From an uncultured Candidatus Saccharibacteria bacterium (GTDB taxonomy: Bacteria > Patescibacteriota > Minisyncoccia > Phycocordibacterales > UBA918): 50,145 nt of DNA. Below, in pieces: positions 39,898 through 48,973 of this stretch. A program made the translations under genes and the position numbers. Position 1 is the first letter of the stretch; every line of letters begins with the position of its first letter. The notes beneath the pieces were generated by a model, which was not told where the DNA came from, ran no database searches, and saw only the letters and a list, made by a program, of their open reading frames with translations. The stretch spans positions 89,764 through 139,908 of the forward strand of contig CAZSZB010000003.1 of NCBI GenBank assembly GCA_964611205.1, written 5' to 3'.

Positions 39898-39904
39898 CCT
39901 AATT

Positions 39905-39993
39905 TATCCCTTAGTCTGACTAAGGGATACACACATATACAAAAGCGCAGAGATAAACACCCTTTACCTATCCCTTAGTCTGACTAAGGTATA
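39905..39993. repeat. Two REP-like palindromes upstream of the RAYT gene
   Basis: tatcccttagtctgactaaggg at 39905 and tatcccttagtctgactaaggt at 39969. Confidence 0.85.
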
Positions 39994-40001
39994 ATAATGG
40001 A

Positions 40002-40694
40002 ATGAGAGTTGAGCAGTATACAGTAGGATCATATTTACACATTATTAAAAGAGGAGCCCGCGGTGGTCTAATAGTGCGAGATGAGGCTGATCACTATCGT
40101 TTTTTACGCACGTTGTATTTGTTGAATGATAAGAGTTTTAACCCAGACTGGAAATCTTCCAATTTGGTTGGACTTTTCTCTAGACCTAAGCATTGGGAAG
40201 AACGCAGACCAATCGTAGATATTCTGGCCTACACTCTCATACCCAATCATTTCCATTTGATTCTACGTGAAATAGAAGATGGAGGAGTTAGTCTTTTTAT
40301 GAAACGGCTTGGACAAAGTATGACTAACCATGCAAATGAGAAATATGAGGAAAAAGGGAGTTTGTTTCAAGGTGCCTATCGCTCACGCACAATTGAAAGC
40401 GATGAGTATTTTCGGTACGTAGCAGCGTATGTAATGGTTAAAAACACTTTTGAATTATATCCAGACGGAGGACTAGATGAGGGTGTTAACAATTTTGAAA
40501 AAGTTTGGGATTGGGCAGCTAAATATAAGTTTTCTAGCTTAGGTGATTATACGGAATATCGTGATAGCTCACCTATTCTAACCCCTGGTTTATTAGGGGA
40601 AATATTTTCTAGCTCAGCTGACTTTAAGGTGTTTGCTAAGGATATGATACTGGGTAGGACTCCGCAGCTCGTTTCTCCAAAGGATTTAGAATAA
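40002..40694 (+). mobile_element. REP-associated tyrosine transposase (RAYT/TnpA-REP, HUH Y1 family)
   Basis: HIIKRG, LIPNHFHLIL (HUH), GSLFQGAY, catalytic-Tyr region AAYV, YKFSSLGDY; flanked by four palindromes. Confidence 0.85.
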
Positions 40695-40698
40695 TTTT

Positions 40699-40796
40699 TA
40701 CCTTAGTCTGACTAAGGTATTATTTTAAACTCATAAAATAAACACTATTTTTACATCTATCATACCTAATTATTCCTTAGTCAGACTAAGGGATAC
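40699..40796. repeat. Two REP-like palindromes downstream of the RAYT gene (second inverted)
   Basis: taccttagtctgactaaggta at 40699 and tccttagtcagactaagggatac at 40774. Confidence 0.85.
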
Positions 40797-40865
40797 AAAA
40801 ATGAATAATAAAAAGTTTATTTGTTATACTTAATGTAAGATTCATTAAGATCTGTTTATTTTTAT

Positions 40866-40970
40866 ATGAAATTATTTAATCGAAGTTTTTATCGTTTTTT
40901 ATTCAGCTTCATCTCAATAGTGGCCGGTACTTTGATAGTCATCCTGTTGATAGGTAATTTTGTTAAATAA
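40866..40970 (+). CDS. Possible 34-aa single-TM small protein (not in the ORF track)
   Basis: MKLFNRSFYRFLFSFISIVAGTLIVILLIGNFVK*, followed by a 20-bp hairpin. Confidence 0.35.
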   Translation: MKLFNRSFYRFLFSFISIVAGTLIVILLIGNFVK

Positions 40971-40980
40971 TTATTAATTT

Positions 40981-41022
40981 GAAAATGAAGGACCTGTTCA
41001 TCTGAACAGGTCCTTCATTTTC
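40981..41022. terminator. Perfect 20-bp hairpin
   Basis: gaaaatgaaggacctgttca-tc-tgaacaggtccttcattttc. Confidence 0.6.
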
Positions 41023-41078
41023 AGAGTGGGGGATAACTGGAGTTAGTTTGGGTTGTTTTTCTGATAATCTAAGGTTTA

Positions 41079-43709
41079 ATGTTAAAAAATAAAATTCTGG
41101 GTATTGTTGGTTTTTTATTTATAATTTTATTCTTTTCAACTTCTCCAACTTTCGGTCAGAGTATGCCGGATTTTCCGACAGCCGATGAGTTTGATGTCCA
41201 GTTAATATCATTTGATACAGTGCTAGATACTAGTGACTGTTTACCGGAAGATGATCCTGATTATTGTGGTTATTTTGATCAAGCTAATATTGAAAGGAAG
41301 AATTTTAAGAATGGGGATACAGTTACTCTGAATTTGACTAAACTTGCTGAATTAAGAGTGTCAGGTGCTGAACCTCCTGATCTTGGTTGTGACTACTTTA
41401 GTTATCATGATGGAGGGGAGTTATATAAAATCAGTCCTGAAACTGGTGAAAGAATAGTTGTAATGCGTGATGAGCAAGATTTCTTCGGTGGTATTATTTG
41501 GCCCGGACCTGGTGTTTATGAATTTGATGTTCAATTTCAATGTGCAAATTTGGTCCAGAGACCATCCTGGTATGAAAATATATTAGCTTTGCTCAAAACG
41601 AAAGTGGCTTTTGCTCAATCTTTTCCAGAATTACCGCCAATCGCCACCATCAGATTTACCGTAACTGATGCTAATGAAATATCTGAGCCGGATTGTTGTT
41701 CGTCTGTCTTATTCTTGCCGGGAATTATGAGTAGTCAACTGTACGAAGACGAACAAAAACGCTGGGAACCATCTGGAGAGGGTGATATAGGGCGGCTCTA
41801 TCTAGACGAGAGTGGCAAGACTATTAATAATATTGCTGTCGGTGATGTTATTGAAGAATTTTCTATTACCAGTACAGCCCTGGATTTAAACTTATATAAA
41901 ACTTTCTTAACTGAATTAGCAGACAAAAAAACCGCTGGAATTATTGGTGATTATAATGCTTATGCCTACGATTGGCGGTTATCTTTACCCGATGTGATTG
42001 CCGGTGGGGAGTTGGCAAATACGCTTCGCGAACTTGCTCAGAGTTCGAAAACTGGCAAAGTCACTATTGTAGCTCATAGTAATGGTGGTTTGTTAGCAAA
42101 AGAGTTGGTCAATGAGGTCGGAGGCGAAGCCTCCGACCTCATTGATCAGATAGTTTTTGTTGGTGTCCCACAACTAGGTACACCACAAGCTATCGGTGCT
42201 TTACTTCACGGCTATGATACAGGTCTGCCTTTTAATTGGTTGACTTTTTTGATGTCTCCCGAAAGAGCGAGGGATTTTTCGTATAATTCTCCGATGTCCT
42301 ACAATTTACTTCCACACCAAGATTATTTTGATAATTCTGGGGTAAGCATCAGTACACCGCTGATTACTTTTGACGACGGCGAAGCCACTCAACCATTTAG
42401 AGATTTCTATGGTTCAGAAATAGATAATATCTCTGAATTGCAACGTTTTCTAAAAGGAGAGGAAGGGAGAGTAGCTCCTGCCTATGATGATCTGGACAAC
42501 CCTACCGTGGTTAACGGGAACCTTTTACAAAATAGTAATAATCAAATAACCAATAACATAGATTCTACGTGGCAGGCTCCAGCCGGTGTAAAAATCTACC
42601 AAATTGCCGGAGTAGGCGAACAGACGCTGGCTGGTATCCAGTACAAGGAAATCGAGTTCTGTCAAAAACCATCAAAAATTCTCGGTTCTCTATACTGCAA
42701 AGAAAAGGGACAAACTTTAAGTTATTCTCCAGTTCGGACTTTGGCCGGTGATGAAACAGTTATAGAACCAAGTGCGGTAGCAATACCAGAGTCTCAGGAG
42801 GTGGAAAGGTGGTGGGTTAACTTAGAAAAATATAACGATGATAACCTTAATCGTGGACACAAAAATCTTTTAGAAATAAAAGATATCAGGGATTTCATTT
42901 TTGCTAATGTTATTAGTACCTCAACTGATTATTCTTTTGATTACCTTAGTGATACAGAGCCTGGTCTGAATACACCTGGCTACCTCACTGCTACACTTCA
43001 TTCACCCTTAGCTCTTTCCTATAAAGAAAGCGATGGTACTTTGATTAATGAACAAAATCCGAAAGGTAGGGAAGCTCATTATTCACGATATGGTGAAGTA
43101 CAGCTTTTGGATATATTTGGCGGTAACACTGGATCAATCCAAATGACGGGCGAAGCGACCGGTTCCTTCACCTTAGAATTAGAAGAGCAGAACTCATCAG
43201 GAGCTACTTCTTTCGTTACCTACTCAGCCATCCCGTCTAGCACGAGTACGCTAGCTAGTATCGCAGTGGCAGGTAATTCCGTACAAAACACTGGTCCTTT
43301 AAAGGTAGATTATGAGGGTGATGGTATAGATGACCTGACTTTGGAACCTAAACCAGGTGAAATAATATCTGTTCCGACTGGGTCAGAAGAAGTGATAGAA
43401 TTGAGTTTGTCTGAACTAGTCATTGTTTTGAGGAATTATATAGAAGAAAATATATCCAACAGATATATAAAAATCTATCTTCTAAGAAATTTAAAGATTC
43501 TAGAAAAAATTGACCAGCAGCCGAATAATATCAAAACAAAATACTATTCTTATTTTTTCAATAATTCTGACCTATACAAACAGATTGCTCTAAGGCAGAT
43601 AAAGAATATTGAGGGGATACTTGACCACTATCAAAAATGGAAAATACTTGAAGATACTACAGTCAGTGAAATTAAATCTCAATTAGAGAAAATAAAAAAT
43701 AAACTATGA
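41079..43709 (+). CDS. Large secreted alpha/beta-hydrolase (LCAT/lipase-like)
   Basis: Signal peptide; VLFLPGIMSS oxyanion motif, YDWR, IVAHSNGG nucleophile elbow, GVPQLGTP. Confidence 0.75.
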   Translation: MLKNKILGIVGFLFIILFFSTSPTFGQSMPDFPTADEFDVQLISFDTVLDTSDCLPEDDPDYCGYFDQANIERKNFKNGDTVTLNLTKLAELRVSGAEPPDLGCDYFSYHDGGELYKISPETGERIVVMRDEQDFFGGIIWPGPGVYEFDVQFQCANLVQRPSWYENILALLKTKVAFAQSFPELPPIATIRFTVTDANEISEPDCCSSVLFLPGIMSSQLYEDEQKRWEPSGEGDIGRLYLDESGKTINNIAVGDVIEEFSITSTALDLNLYKTFLTELADKKTAGIIGDYNAYAYDWRLSLPDVIAGGELANTLRELAQSSKTGKVTIVAHSNGGLLAKELVNEVGGEASDLIDQIVFVGVPQLGTPQAIGALLHGYDTGLPFNWLTFLMSPERARDFSYNSPMSYNLLPHQDYFDNSGVSISTPLITFDDGEATQPFRDFYGSEIDNISELQRFLKGEEGRVAPAYDDLDNPTVVNGNLLQNSNNQITNNIDSTWQAPAGVKIYQIAGVGEQTLAGIQYKEIEFCQKPSKILGSLYCKEKGQTLSYSPVRTLAGDETVIEPSAVAIPESQEVERWWVNLEKYNDDNLNRGHKNLLEIKDIRDFIFANVISTSTDYSFDYLSDTEPGLNTPGYLTATLHSPLALSYKESDGTLINEQNPKGREAHYSRYGEVQLLDIFGGNTGSIQMTGEATGSFTLELEEQNSSGATSFVTYSAIPSSTSTLASIAVAGNSVQNTGPLKVDYEGDGIDDLTLEPKPGEIISVPTGSEEVIELSLSELVIVLRNYIEENISNRYIKIYLLRNLKILEKIDQQPNNIKTKYYSYFFNNSDLYKQIALRQIKNIEGILDHYQKWKILEDTTVSEIKSQLEKIKNKL

Positions 43710-44128
43710 AATATATAAATAAACTAACATTTGTAACTATCTCAATTATCTCACTGATTGTTGCCTTACTAATGACAGAAGAATTAGGCTTTTGCAGAAA
43801 TGTCCTAGGTTTAAATACCGGGTGTTTTATCCCTGCAAAAGATAGTGTGGAAATGGTCTTCATATCATTTACAATTCTTACGTTACCAATATCTTTGTTA
43901 ACCCTCCCCCTAAAACCAGCGGTCTTCGACGCTTGGAAGAGGTACGCTATCTGGTCTATACCGGTGATTTTGATATTAGTAGCTTGGATTGAAACAGTTG
44001 GAGAAGGTGGTGGTTTGCCTGGTCAGTTCCATCCGGGCTATCTCTTTTACCCAATTTTCTTTTTTATACATTTCACTATCTCCTTAATCATAATCATCCG
44101 TGTCTGGTTGAAAACAAGGCGAGTTTAA
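43706..44128 (+). CDS. Four-TM hypothetical membrane protein overlapping the hydrolase stop (ATGA)
   Basis: 140 aa, hydrophobic segments, Cys pair in the first loop. Confidence 0.6.
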   Translation: MKYINKLTFVTISIISLIVALLMTEELGFCRNVLGLNTGCFIPAKDSVEMVFISFTILTLPISLLTLPLKPAVFDAWKRYAIWSIPVILILVAWIETVGEGGGLPGQFHPGYLFYPIFFFIHFTISLIIIIRVWLKTRRV

Positions 44129-44225
44129 TTACCACTAATTCAAATATTCAAATATAAGTAGTTTTGAAAACGGTTGTATACTTTACTTTTCCCTTGTGCT
44201 TGTTATAGTAGCGGGCAACAGGCTC

Positions 44226-44345
44226 ATGACAGTTGGTGGTGTTTCGTAAAGGATTCATCTCAAAGAAGCAATTGCTTCGCCAGCCGAGGTCCAGCTAAGC
44301 TAATTTAGTATGGAAGGTCGAGCCCGTCAGGGGCATTTTTTATGT
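44226..44345 (+). promoter_or_regulatory. L10 ribosomal leader (autoregulatory RNA)
   Basis: GACAGTTGG (44228) ... CCAGCCGAGG (44280) resembles the GACNGYAGG...CCUNCCGAGG L10-leader core; gccc/gggc plus T-tract just upstream of rplJ. Confidence 0.65.
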
Positions 44346-44384
44346 CTCGGGGTCTGTTAAATATTATTGTAATCAATATTTACA

Positions 44385-44873
44385 ATGGCAATTACTAAAG
44401 AAAAGAAACAAGAAATTCTCACAAAACTAGAGGGAATCAAAAAAGACTCTGACTCGATTGTTTTTGTTAATTTCAAAACAATGACTGGTAACGACATTAC
44501 TGCAATGCGAGCAAAGCTACGAGATGAAGGAGTAGGTTACTTCGTAGCCAAGAAAACTTTGATTGCCCGAGCTTTTGCAGGGGAATTTGAAGGAGACGTA
44601 CCAGAACTTGAAGGTGAGATAGCTGTAGCTTATAGCAATGATGCAATTGCTCCAGCACAAAATATCAAAGCTTTCATGGGTCAGTTTAAAGACAAAATAA
44701 TCATCGCGGGAGGAGTCTTCCAAGGTGTTTATAAAAATAAGGAAGAGATGACAGAGATCGCATCTATTCCAGCTTTACCAGTATTGCGTGGTATGTTCGT
44801 TAATGTTATCAATTCACCAATCCAGGGACTGGTTTTAGGACTGAACGCTATTGCCGAAAAGAAAGCATCATAA
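44385..44873 (+). CDS. rplJ: 50S ribosomal protein L10
   Basis: MRAKLRDEG..YFVAKKTL, LEGEIAVAYS, IASIPALPVLRGMFVNVINSPI. Confidence 0.95.
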   Translation: MAITKEKKQEILTKLEGIKKDSDSIVFVNFKTMTGNDITAMRAKLRDEGVGYFVAKKTLIARAFAGEFEGDVPELEGEIAVAYSNDAIAPAQNIKAFMGQFKDKIIIAGGVFQGVYKNKEEMTEIASIPALPVLRGMFVNVINSPIQGLVLGLNAIAEKKAS

Positions 44874-45112
44874 TACCCAACCTGCTTTGTTGGAACTGCA
44901 ATTTCATCGGTCACGGTAGGTAACTACCGCTTCCTCAGAAATTTTGTTCCGCCTCGCATCTCGGGCATTCTGAAACTTTCTTATCCGTTCTCCGAGCATT
45001 AAAATCGGTTTTGCGGATAAAATAAGAAAGTAGTACGAGCACCATTCTGAAGCTTTCTTATGATTATACAGAATGGGCAATATCTTATATACAAACTAAA
45101 AATTAAAATATT

Positions 45113-45631
45113 ATGAGTGATGAAAAAGATACAGTGGTAGCAGCAGAAGAAACAACAGTTGAAGAAACTGCAGCTCCAGAAGTAGTAGTAGAAGAAGTGA
45201 AGGAAGAGGCCATTCCAGAAGCAGCAGAAGAAAAAGCTACAGATATAGATGAAACAGTAGAAGTACCAGAACAATTCAAGAAGCTTGTAGAGCAGGTTGA
45301 AACCATGACTGTACTTGAGCTACATGAATTAGTTAAAGTACTTGAAAAGCGATTTGGTGTATCAGCTTCTGCGGTAGCAGTAGCTGGTCCAGCAGCTGCC
45401 GGTGATGCTGGTGATGAACAATCAGAATTTACTGTGGTGTTAGCTGATGCTGGTGCACAGAAAATCGCTGTCATCAAAGCTGTTAAAGAAGTATGTGGTC
45501 TGGGACTTAAAGAGGCTAAGGAGTTAGTTGATGGAGCTCCAGCGGATGTTAAGACTGGATTGAAGAAAGAAGATGCCGAAGCTCTAAAGGCTAAACTAGA
45601 AGAGGCTGGAGCTAAGGTAGAACTTAAATAG
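45113..45631 (+). CDS. rplL: 50S ribosomal protein L7/L12 with about 50-aa acidic N-terminal extension
   Basis: [59 protein letters not shown]. Confidence 0.95.
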   Translation: MSDEKDTVVAAEETTVEETAAPEVVVEEVKEEAIPEAAEEKATDIDETVEVPEQFKKLVEQVETMTVLELHELVKVLEKRFGVSASAVAVAGPAAAGDAGDEQSEFTVVLADAGAQKIAVIKAVKEVCGLGLKEAKELVDGAPADVKTGLKKEDAEALKAKLEEAGAKVELK

Positions 45632-45792
45632 TTTTAAGTTCTACCAAGCTCCAGGGGCGGAGCCATGTTTTCAATTTTTTTCCTAGAATTGAAAACAGGC
45701 GAGCCGAGGTCGCGAGTACTTAGTGCTCGCAACTAGCGAAGCTAGTGAGAACACTTAGTAACTTGCGACGAAGCTAAGGTAGAACTTAAATA
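45610..45792. repeat. Hairpin module bracketed by 21-bp direct repeats of the rplL 3' end
   Basis: agctaaggtagaacttaaata at 45610 and 45772; inverted copy at 45634-45654; module shared with 28506-28556 and 28381-28436. Confidence 0.85.
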
Positions 45793-45800
45793 ATCCACTA

Positions 45801-45840
45801 TAAACAAAAAAACCAGACAAATGTCTGGTTTTTTTGTTTA
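45801..45840. terminator. Terminator after the rplL module
   Basis: taaacaaaaaaaccagaca-aa-tgtctggtttttttgttta. Confidence 0.75.
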
Positions 45841-45913
45841 CAACACCCCCTTATTTTTCTGTCCAGACCAAAGAAAATTTTACTATGATATACTCTCAAG
45901 CACGATTGAAATT

Positions 45914-46540
45914 ATGGCATCTGATCCACTAGAAATTCTGTTTGGTAACCAGGCACGCGTTAAATTATTGCGTTTCTTTCTCTTTAATCCTTCCACAGAT
46001 TTTACCTTTGACGAGATTAGTCGCCGTGCCCGTTTGGTGCGACGAACAGCTAGGACAGAAATGAATGCTCTAGAAAGGGCTGGTGTCATTAAGAAGAAAC
46101 AAATTTATCAACAACTAGAAGATAAAGATAAAAAAGTACGAGTACATGGTTACTCTTTGAATAAAAAATTTCCTGAACTCCAAGCGTTACAAACTTTCCT
46201 TTTCGAGACTGCTCCTATCAACGGCAAGACAGTATTAAAACATTTGCGAAATGCTGGACCAGTAGACTTTGTTTGTTTATCAGGAGTGTTTGTCCGTGAC
46301 TTTGAACAACGTCTGGATCTTTTGATAGCTATGAAAAAGATGTCAGATAAAAAAATCGAGAATGCTATCCGAACATTAGAGTCAGAGCTCGGAATGGAAA
46401 TTCGTTTTGCTGCTTTTTCAAGTGAAGATTTAGTTTACCGAGTAGGGATGTATGACAAACTTACCCGTGATGTATTCGATTATCCGCACCAAATAATTGT
46501 TGACCGGATTGCTATTAAAGATGAGCTACCGAGACGGTAA
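45914..46540 (+). CDS. N-terminal HTH plus degenerate nucleotidyltransferase-like domain protein (start reassigned to ATG 45914)
   Basis: LFG..ARVKLLRFFL.NP...F...EI.RR...TARTEMNALERAG (wHTH); LSGVF...DLLI; upstream ATG 45821 lies inside a terminator hairpin. Confidence 0.6.
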   Translation: MASDPLEILFGNQARVKLLRFFLFNPSTDFTFDEISRRARLVRRTARTEMNALERAGVIKKKQIYQQLEDKDKKVRVHGYSLNKKFPELQALQTFLFETAPINGKTVLKHLRNAGPVDFVCLSGVFVRDFEQRLDLLIAMKKMSDKKIENAIRTLESELGMEIRFAAFSSEDLVYRVGMYDKLTRDVFDYPHQIIVDRIAIKDELPRR

Positions 46541-46550
46541 AAGGGAAGAA

Positions 46551-46587
46551 AAAAGGACCGGAAGAGCGAAGCTCTTCCGGTCCTTTT
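46551..46587. terminator. Terminator hairpin with GCGAAGC loop
   Basis: aaaaggaccggaagagc-gaa-gctcttccggtcctttt. Confidence 0.75.
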
Positions 46588-46650
46588 CTCACCTTTTTCA
46601 AACAAACAATCAATTTTCTAAATTAGAAGTAAATACCCAACAGTAGATAC

Positions 46651-46678
46651 TTGCATTATTTTTTGACATCTGTATAAT
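46651..46678 (+). promoter_or_regulatory. Putative promoter for the 23S rRNA gene
   Basis: TTGCAT-16nt-TATAAT. Confidence 0.45.
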
Positions 46679-47354
46679 ACCGGTCATTATCTATGAGTAT
46701 CACTTTAATTAAATCGTAGCGGAGCGAAATCGTCTTGCGATTTTGAGCCGCGTCAAGCGGTTTTTTTAAGGCCAAAAACTCATGAGGGTAATGCAGTTTC
46801 TTTGAAAACTTATCGGTCAATTTTGAAATAAATTGATACGATATGCATATCCTTTAGAGACCCCGCAACAGGATTGGGGTCTCGAGAAGTCCTAGTGTGG
46901 AATCGACGCCCACTAGGCAGGTTCGTATTGCTCCGTTACTCGTGATCGCAATACGAACATCAGGTAGTTTGTCGGGATTAGATCCCAATAGGGTCATATC
47001 GACCCGGGTCTTTTCGTCCCCGGCAAACAATCAAACAAAATGTTGTATCCTTCAAAAGATACAACAAACACACACAGTCTTCGCAGGTATGCGAAGACGA
47101 CACTCAAACAAAAATGTACAGCGGTGTACAGCATTCCTTGCAGGAATGTAAGGGTGTATGGTGGATGCCTAGGTTATAGGAAGCGATGAAAGACGTGGAA
47201 TGGCTGCGATAAGTTTCGGCGAGGTGCCAACCAACCTTCGACCCGGAAATTTCTGAATGGGGAAACCCCACAAGCGTAGGCTTGTGACCCTATGTATGTA
47301 GGGAGCACACCCAGGGAAGTGAAACATCTCAGTACCTGGAGGAATAGAAAGCAA

Positions 47355-47432
47355 TAAACGGAACTTTCTTTCTGATCGGATTTGTTGTGGTAGTACACAA
47401 TAAGCCATTACGGTCAGGAAGAAGGTTCTTGC
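47355..47432 (+). other. About 78-nt hairpin expansion/IVS in 23S domain I
   Basis: Replaces about 4 nt between AAAGCAA and GATTCCC; arms gaactttctttctgatcg / cggtcaggaagaaggttc. Confidence 0.7.
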
Positions 47433-47443
47433 GATTCCCTGAA

Positions 47444-47475
<32 letters not shown>

Positions 47476-47701
47476 GTACGTGTTTACATGTGCGGGGTTG
47501 TAGGACAAAGTCTGCATTTAGTTGCGGAGAGTTACAAAACGTAAGGATAGCAAAAGTAGCTGGGAAGCTACACCCTAGTGGGTAATAGTCCCGTATGCGA
47601 AATTTTTACGACTCTCTTGATTTTGCTCCTGAGTAGTTCGAGACATGAATGGCTCGAATGAATCTGCCGGTACTGACCGGTAAGGCTAAATATTCCTATA
47701 A

Positions 47702-47746
<45 letters not shown>

Positions 47747-48307
47747 GGAGAGGGGAGTGAAATAGATCTGAAACCATACACTTACAAGGAGTCACGGCCC
47801 TGCGGGGTTGTGGCGTGCCTATTGAAGAATGAGCCGGCGAGTGTACCTTTATCCTTTGTCTAAGTGGTAACCCCACGCAGGCACAGTGAAAGCGAGCGTT
47901 AAAAGCGCGAATATAGGGTAGGGGTACGACCCGAAGCGGGATGAGCTTGCCATGAGCAGGGTGAAGCGAAAGTAAAATTTCGTGGAGGCCCGAACCGGTT
48001 GACCGTACAAAATCATCGGATGACTTGTGGTAAGGAGTGAAAAGCTTATCGAATTCCGTAATAGCTGGTTCTCTCCGAAACAGCTTTAGGGTTGGCGTCG
48101 AGTGGTCCCAACGGGGGTAGAGCACTGGAAAGAGTAAACAGGGGGAAACCTCGTTACTCTTATCAAACTCCGAATACCGTTTGGTTATAGCTCGGCAGTT
48201 AGACTATGGGGGAGAAGCTCCATTGGTCGAAAGGGAAACAGCCCAGATCGCCAGTTAAGGTCCCTAAATATATGCTCAGTGCAACTTGAGGAGGTGAGGA
48301 TTCACCA

Positions 48308-48342
<35 letters not shown>

Positions 48343-48973
48343 TAAAGATAGCGTAACAGCTCACTGGTCGAGAGTCCTTGCGCCGAAGATGATCGGGGCT
48401 CAAGCATATTACCGAAACTGCGGATTCGTACTTCTTTCGGGAAGTACGAGTGGTAGGAGAGCGTTCTATTCTGCGATGAAGCCAAGGGGTGACCCACGGT
48501 GGAGCGTATAGAAGTGAGAATGCCGGCACAAGTAACCGCAAGGAGGGTGAGACCCCCTCCCGCCGAAATACCGAGGTTTCCTGGGCGATGGTGATCAGCC
48601 CAGGGTTAGTCGGTCCTAAGCCGATCCCGAACGGGGGAGGCGATGGATAGCAGGTTAATATTCCTGCACACAGTATTCGTTCCGATGGAGGGACGGAGCG
48701 TTGTACTCAAAGCATCTTATTGGATTGGTGCTGGAGGGCTGAGGAGGTTATCTAGGTAAATCCGGATAACAATACTCCGAGGTCAGTCTGAATGTGAGCA
48801 TACGTGCAAGCAAATTTGGGGAGCACGCTTCCGAGAAAAACTTCTAAGGTAGTACGCGTACTGTTCCGTACCTAAACCGACACAGGTGGTAAGGTCGAGA
48901 AGACCAAGGCGAACGAGTGAGAGGTCCTTAAGGAACTCGGCAAAAAAGCGGCCGTAACTTCGGGATAAGGCCT

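Noticed and set aside
264-45477. Numerous 60-120 aa ORFs antisense to or overlapping housekeeping genes (for example 264-461, 3582-3806, 18139-18498, 26502-26783, 38260-38523, 45103-45477)
   Set aside because: They fully overlap well-supported genes in other frames and show no independent motifs
46716-46760. gcggagcg...tgagccgc as another GGA/GA-motif copy
   Set aside because: Inner stem does not pair in the same register as the three clear copies; at most a degenerate relative
46850-47137. tRNA gene(s) upstream of 23S
   Set aside because: The hairpins lack a cloverleaf, a proper T-loop context and a D-arm; the gttcg at 46921 belongs to a long simple stem
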